64,000 nucleotides of DNA from Candidatus Heimdallarchaeota archaeon (GTDB lineage Archaea; Asgardarchaeota; Heimdallarchaeia; JABLTI01). This document shows positions 63,446-64,000 of the stretch, piece by piece. The notes below the pieces were generated by a model, which made no database searches, had not been told where the DNA came from, and was given only the letters and a program-made list of their open reading frames with translations. A program made the position numbers and the translations under genes. How positions within the stretch are numbered: the stretch's first letter is position 1; each line of letters opens with the position of its first letter. The stretch spans positions 32,001 to 96,000 of the forward strand of contig JABCTZ010000033.1 in NCBI GenBank assembly GCA_018238155.1, read 5' to 3'.

Positions 63446-63495
63446 CTTTTCAATGATCTTTATTTTTTTGATAGTAACCTTGCATTCATCCACAT
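63446..63495 (-). pseudogene. PLD-family gene fragment E (C-terminal Cys region)
   Basis: gaatgcaaggttactatcaaaaaaataaagatcattg vs fragment B gagtgtaaaggttgctatcaaaaacaaaaggctattg. Confidence 0.5.
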
Positions 63496-63610
63496 ACATG
63501 AATAATAATAACTGCTTCAAAATTTAGGTGATAAGAAATTGCTATTGATAGAATAGTAAATAATAAACACCTTTAAAGAGAATAAAAAGTAAAATACTAA
63601 TTGGATAAAT

Positions 63611-64000
63611 ATGAAAAAGATGATTAAGGATTGGTTGAAAAAAGCAACCAATTTTAAGGCGAATGCCATATTAGCAAAGGAGAATAAGCTATACGATATT
63701 GCTTGTTTTTCTGCACAACAAGCTGCTGAATTGCTTTTGAAAGGAATAATCGTTGCTAATAGTGGATCAAGACCTTTTACTCATTCTTTAATAGAATTAT
63801 ATGAGATAATTGAAGCAATCGACTTAGGAAAATTCCCAAAAGAAATAGTTAATTGTTTAAGAACTTTGGCTAATCATTATTTACAGGCAAGATATCCTGA
63901 CTCAAGGTTTACTGATTATACATTGGAAGAAACTGAAAAAGCTCTTAATTGTTTAGAGGAAGTGTTTGAATTTGCAAGTAAATTTTTACCGGAAGATTAA
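63611..64000 (+). CDS. HEPN domain protein
   Basis: ACFSAQQAAELLLKG, PFTHSL, HYLQARYPD. Confidence 0.93.
   Translation: MKKMIKDWLKKATNFKANAILAKENKLYDIACFSAQQAAELLLKGIIVANSGSRPFTHSLIELYEIIEAIDLGKFPKEIVNCLRTLANHYLQARYPDSRFTDYTLEETEKALNCLEEVFEFASKFLPED

Noticed and set aside
480-63505. Short antisense or nested ORFs in the track (e.g. 480-686, 2625-2972, 44073-44426, 46314-46760, 60635-61108)
   Set aside because: They are shadows of well-supported genes on the opposite strand or frame and have no motifs.
45550-63815. HEPN near-duplicate as a DGR template/variable pair
   Set aside because: Differences include indels and changes at all four bases, not adenine-specific substitutions.

Overview
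AT-rich archaeal DNA that looks like an Asgard archaeon, most like Heimdallarchaeia. This is inferred from two Arf-like GTPases, four longin/uDENN-like domains, TPR and 22-aa LRR proteins, PGF-type C-terminal anchors and GAGGTG-type RBSs. I found no rRNA, tRNA, CRISPR array, transposase or integrase. Layout: (1-16.6 kb) a uDENN-like / Arf-like GTPase / multi-TM membrane protein operon, an FLVCR-like MFS transporter, a LEA-2 repeat protein, a MacB/FtsX-type ABC pair, a large anchored surface protein, a TPR-longin protein and an AlkD-like protein; (16.7-28.5 kb) a REC/PAS signalling cluster in which most receivers and kinase modules are degenerate; (28.5-64 kb) a high-turnover accessory region with HEPN-MNT, VapBC and MenAT-like toxin-antitoxin loci, anchored surface proteins (LVIVD, Ca-binding DxDxDG repeats, FG-GAP), an Lnt-like acyltransferase, an orphan EutA and many gene remnants. 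The least explained pattern is one intact single-HKD PLD-family nuclease gene plus five co-oriented fragments of paralogous copies at accessory-gene junctions, two of them bracketing a 1.3 kb insert with a 12-bp direct repeat. Other notable items are the multi-TM/Arf/uDENN operon and an FG-GAP propeller-TM-longin single-pass receptor-like protein. All family assignments come from reading motifs by eye; no database search was run.
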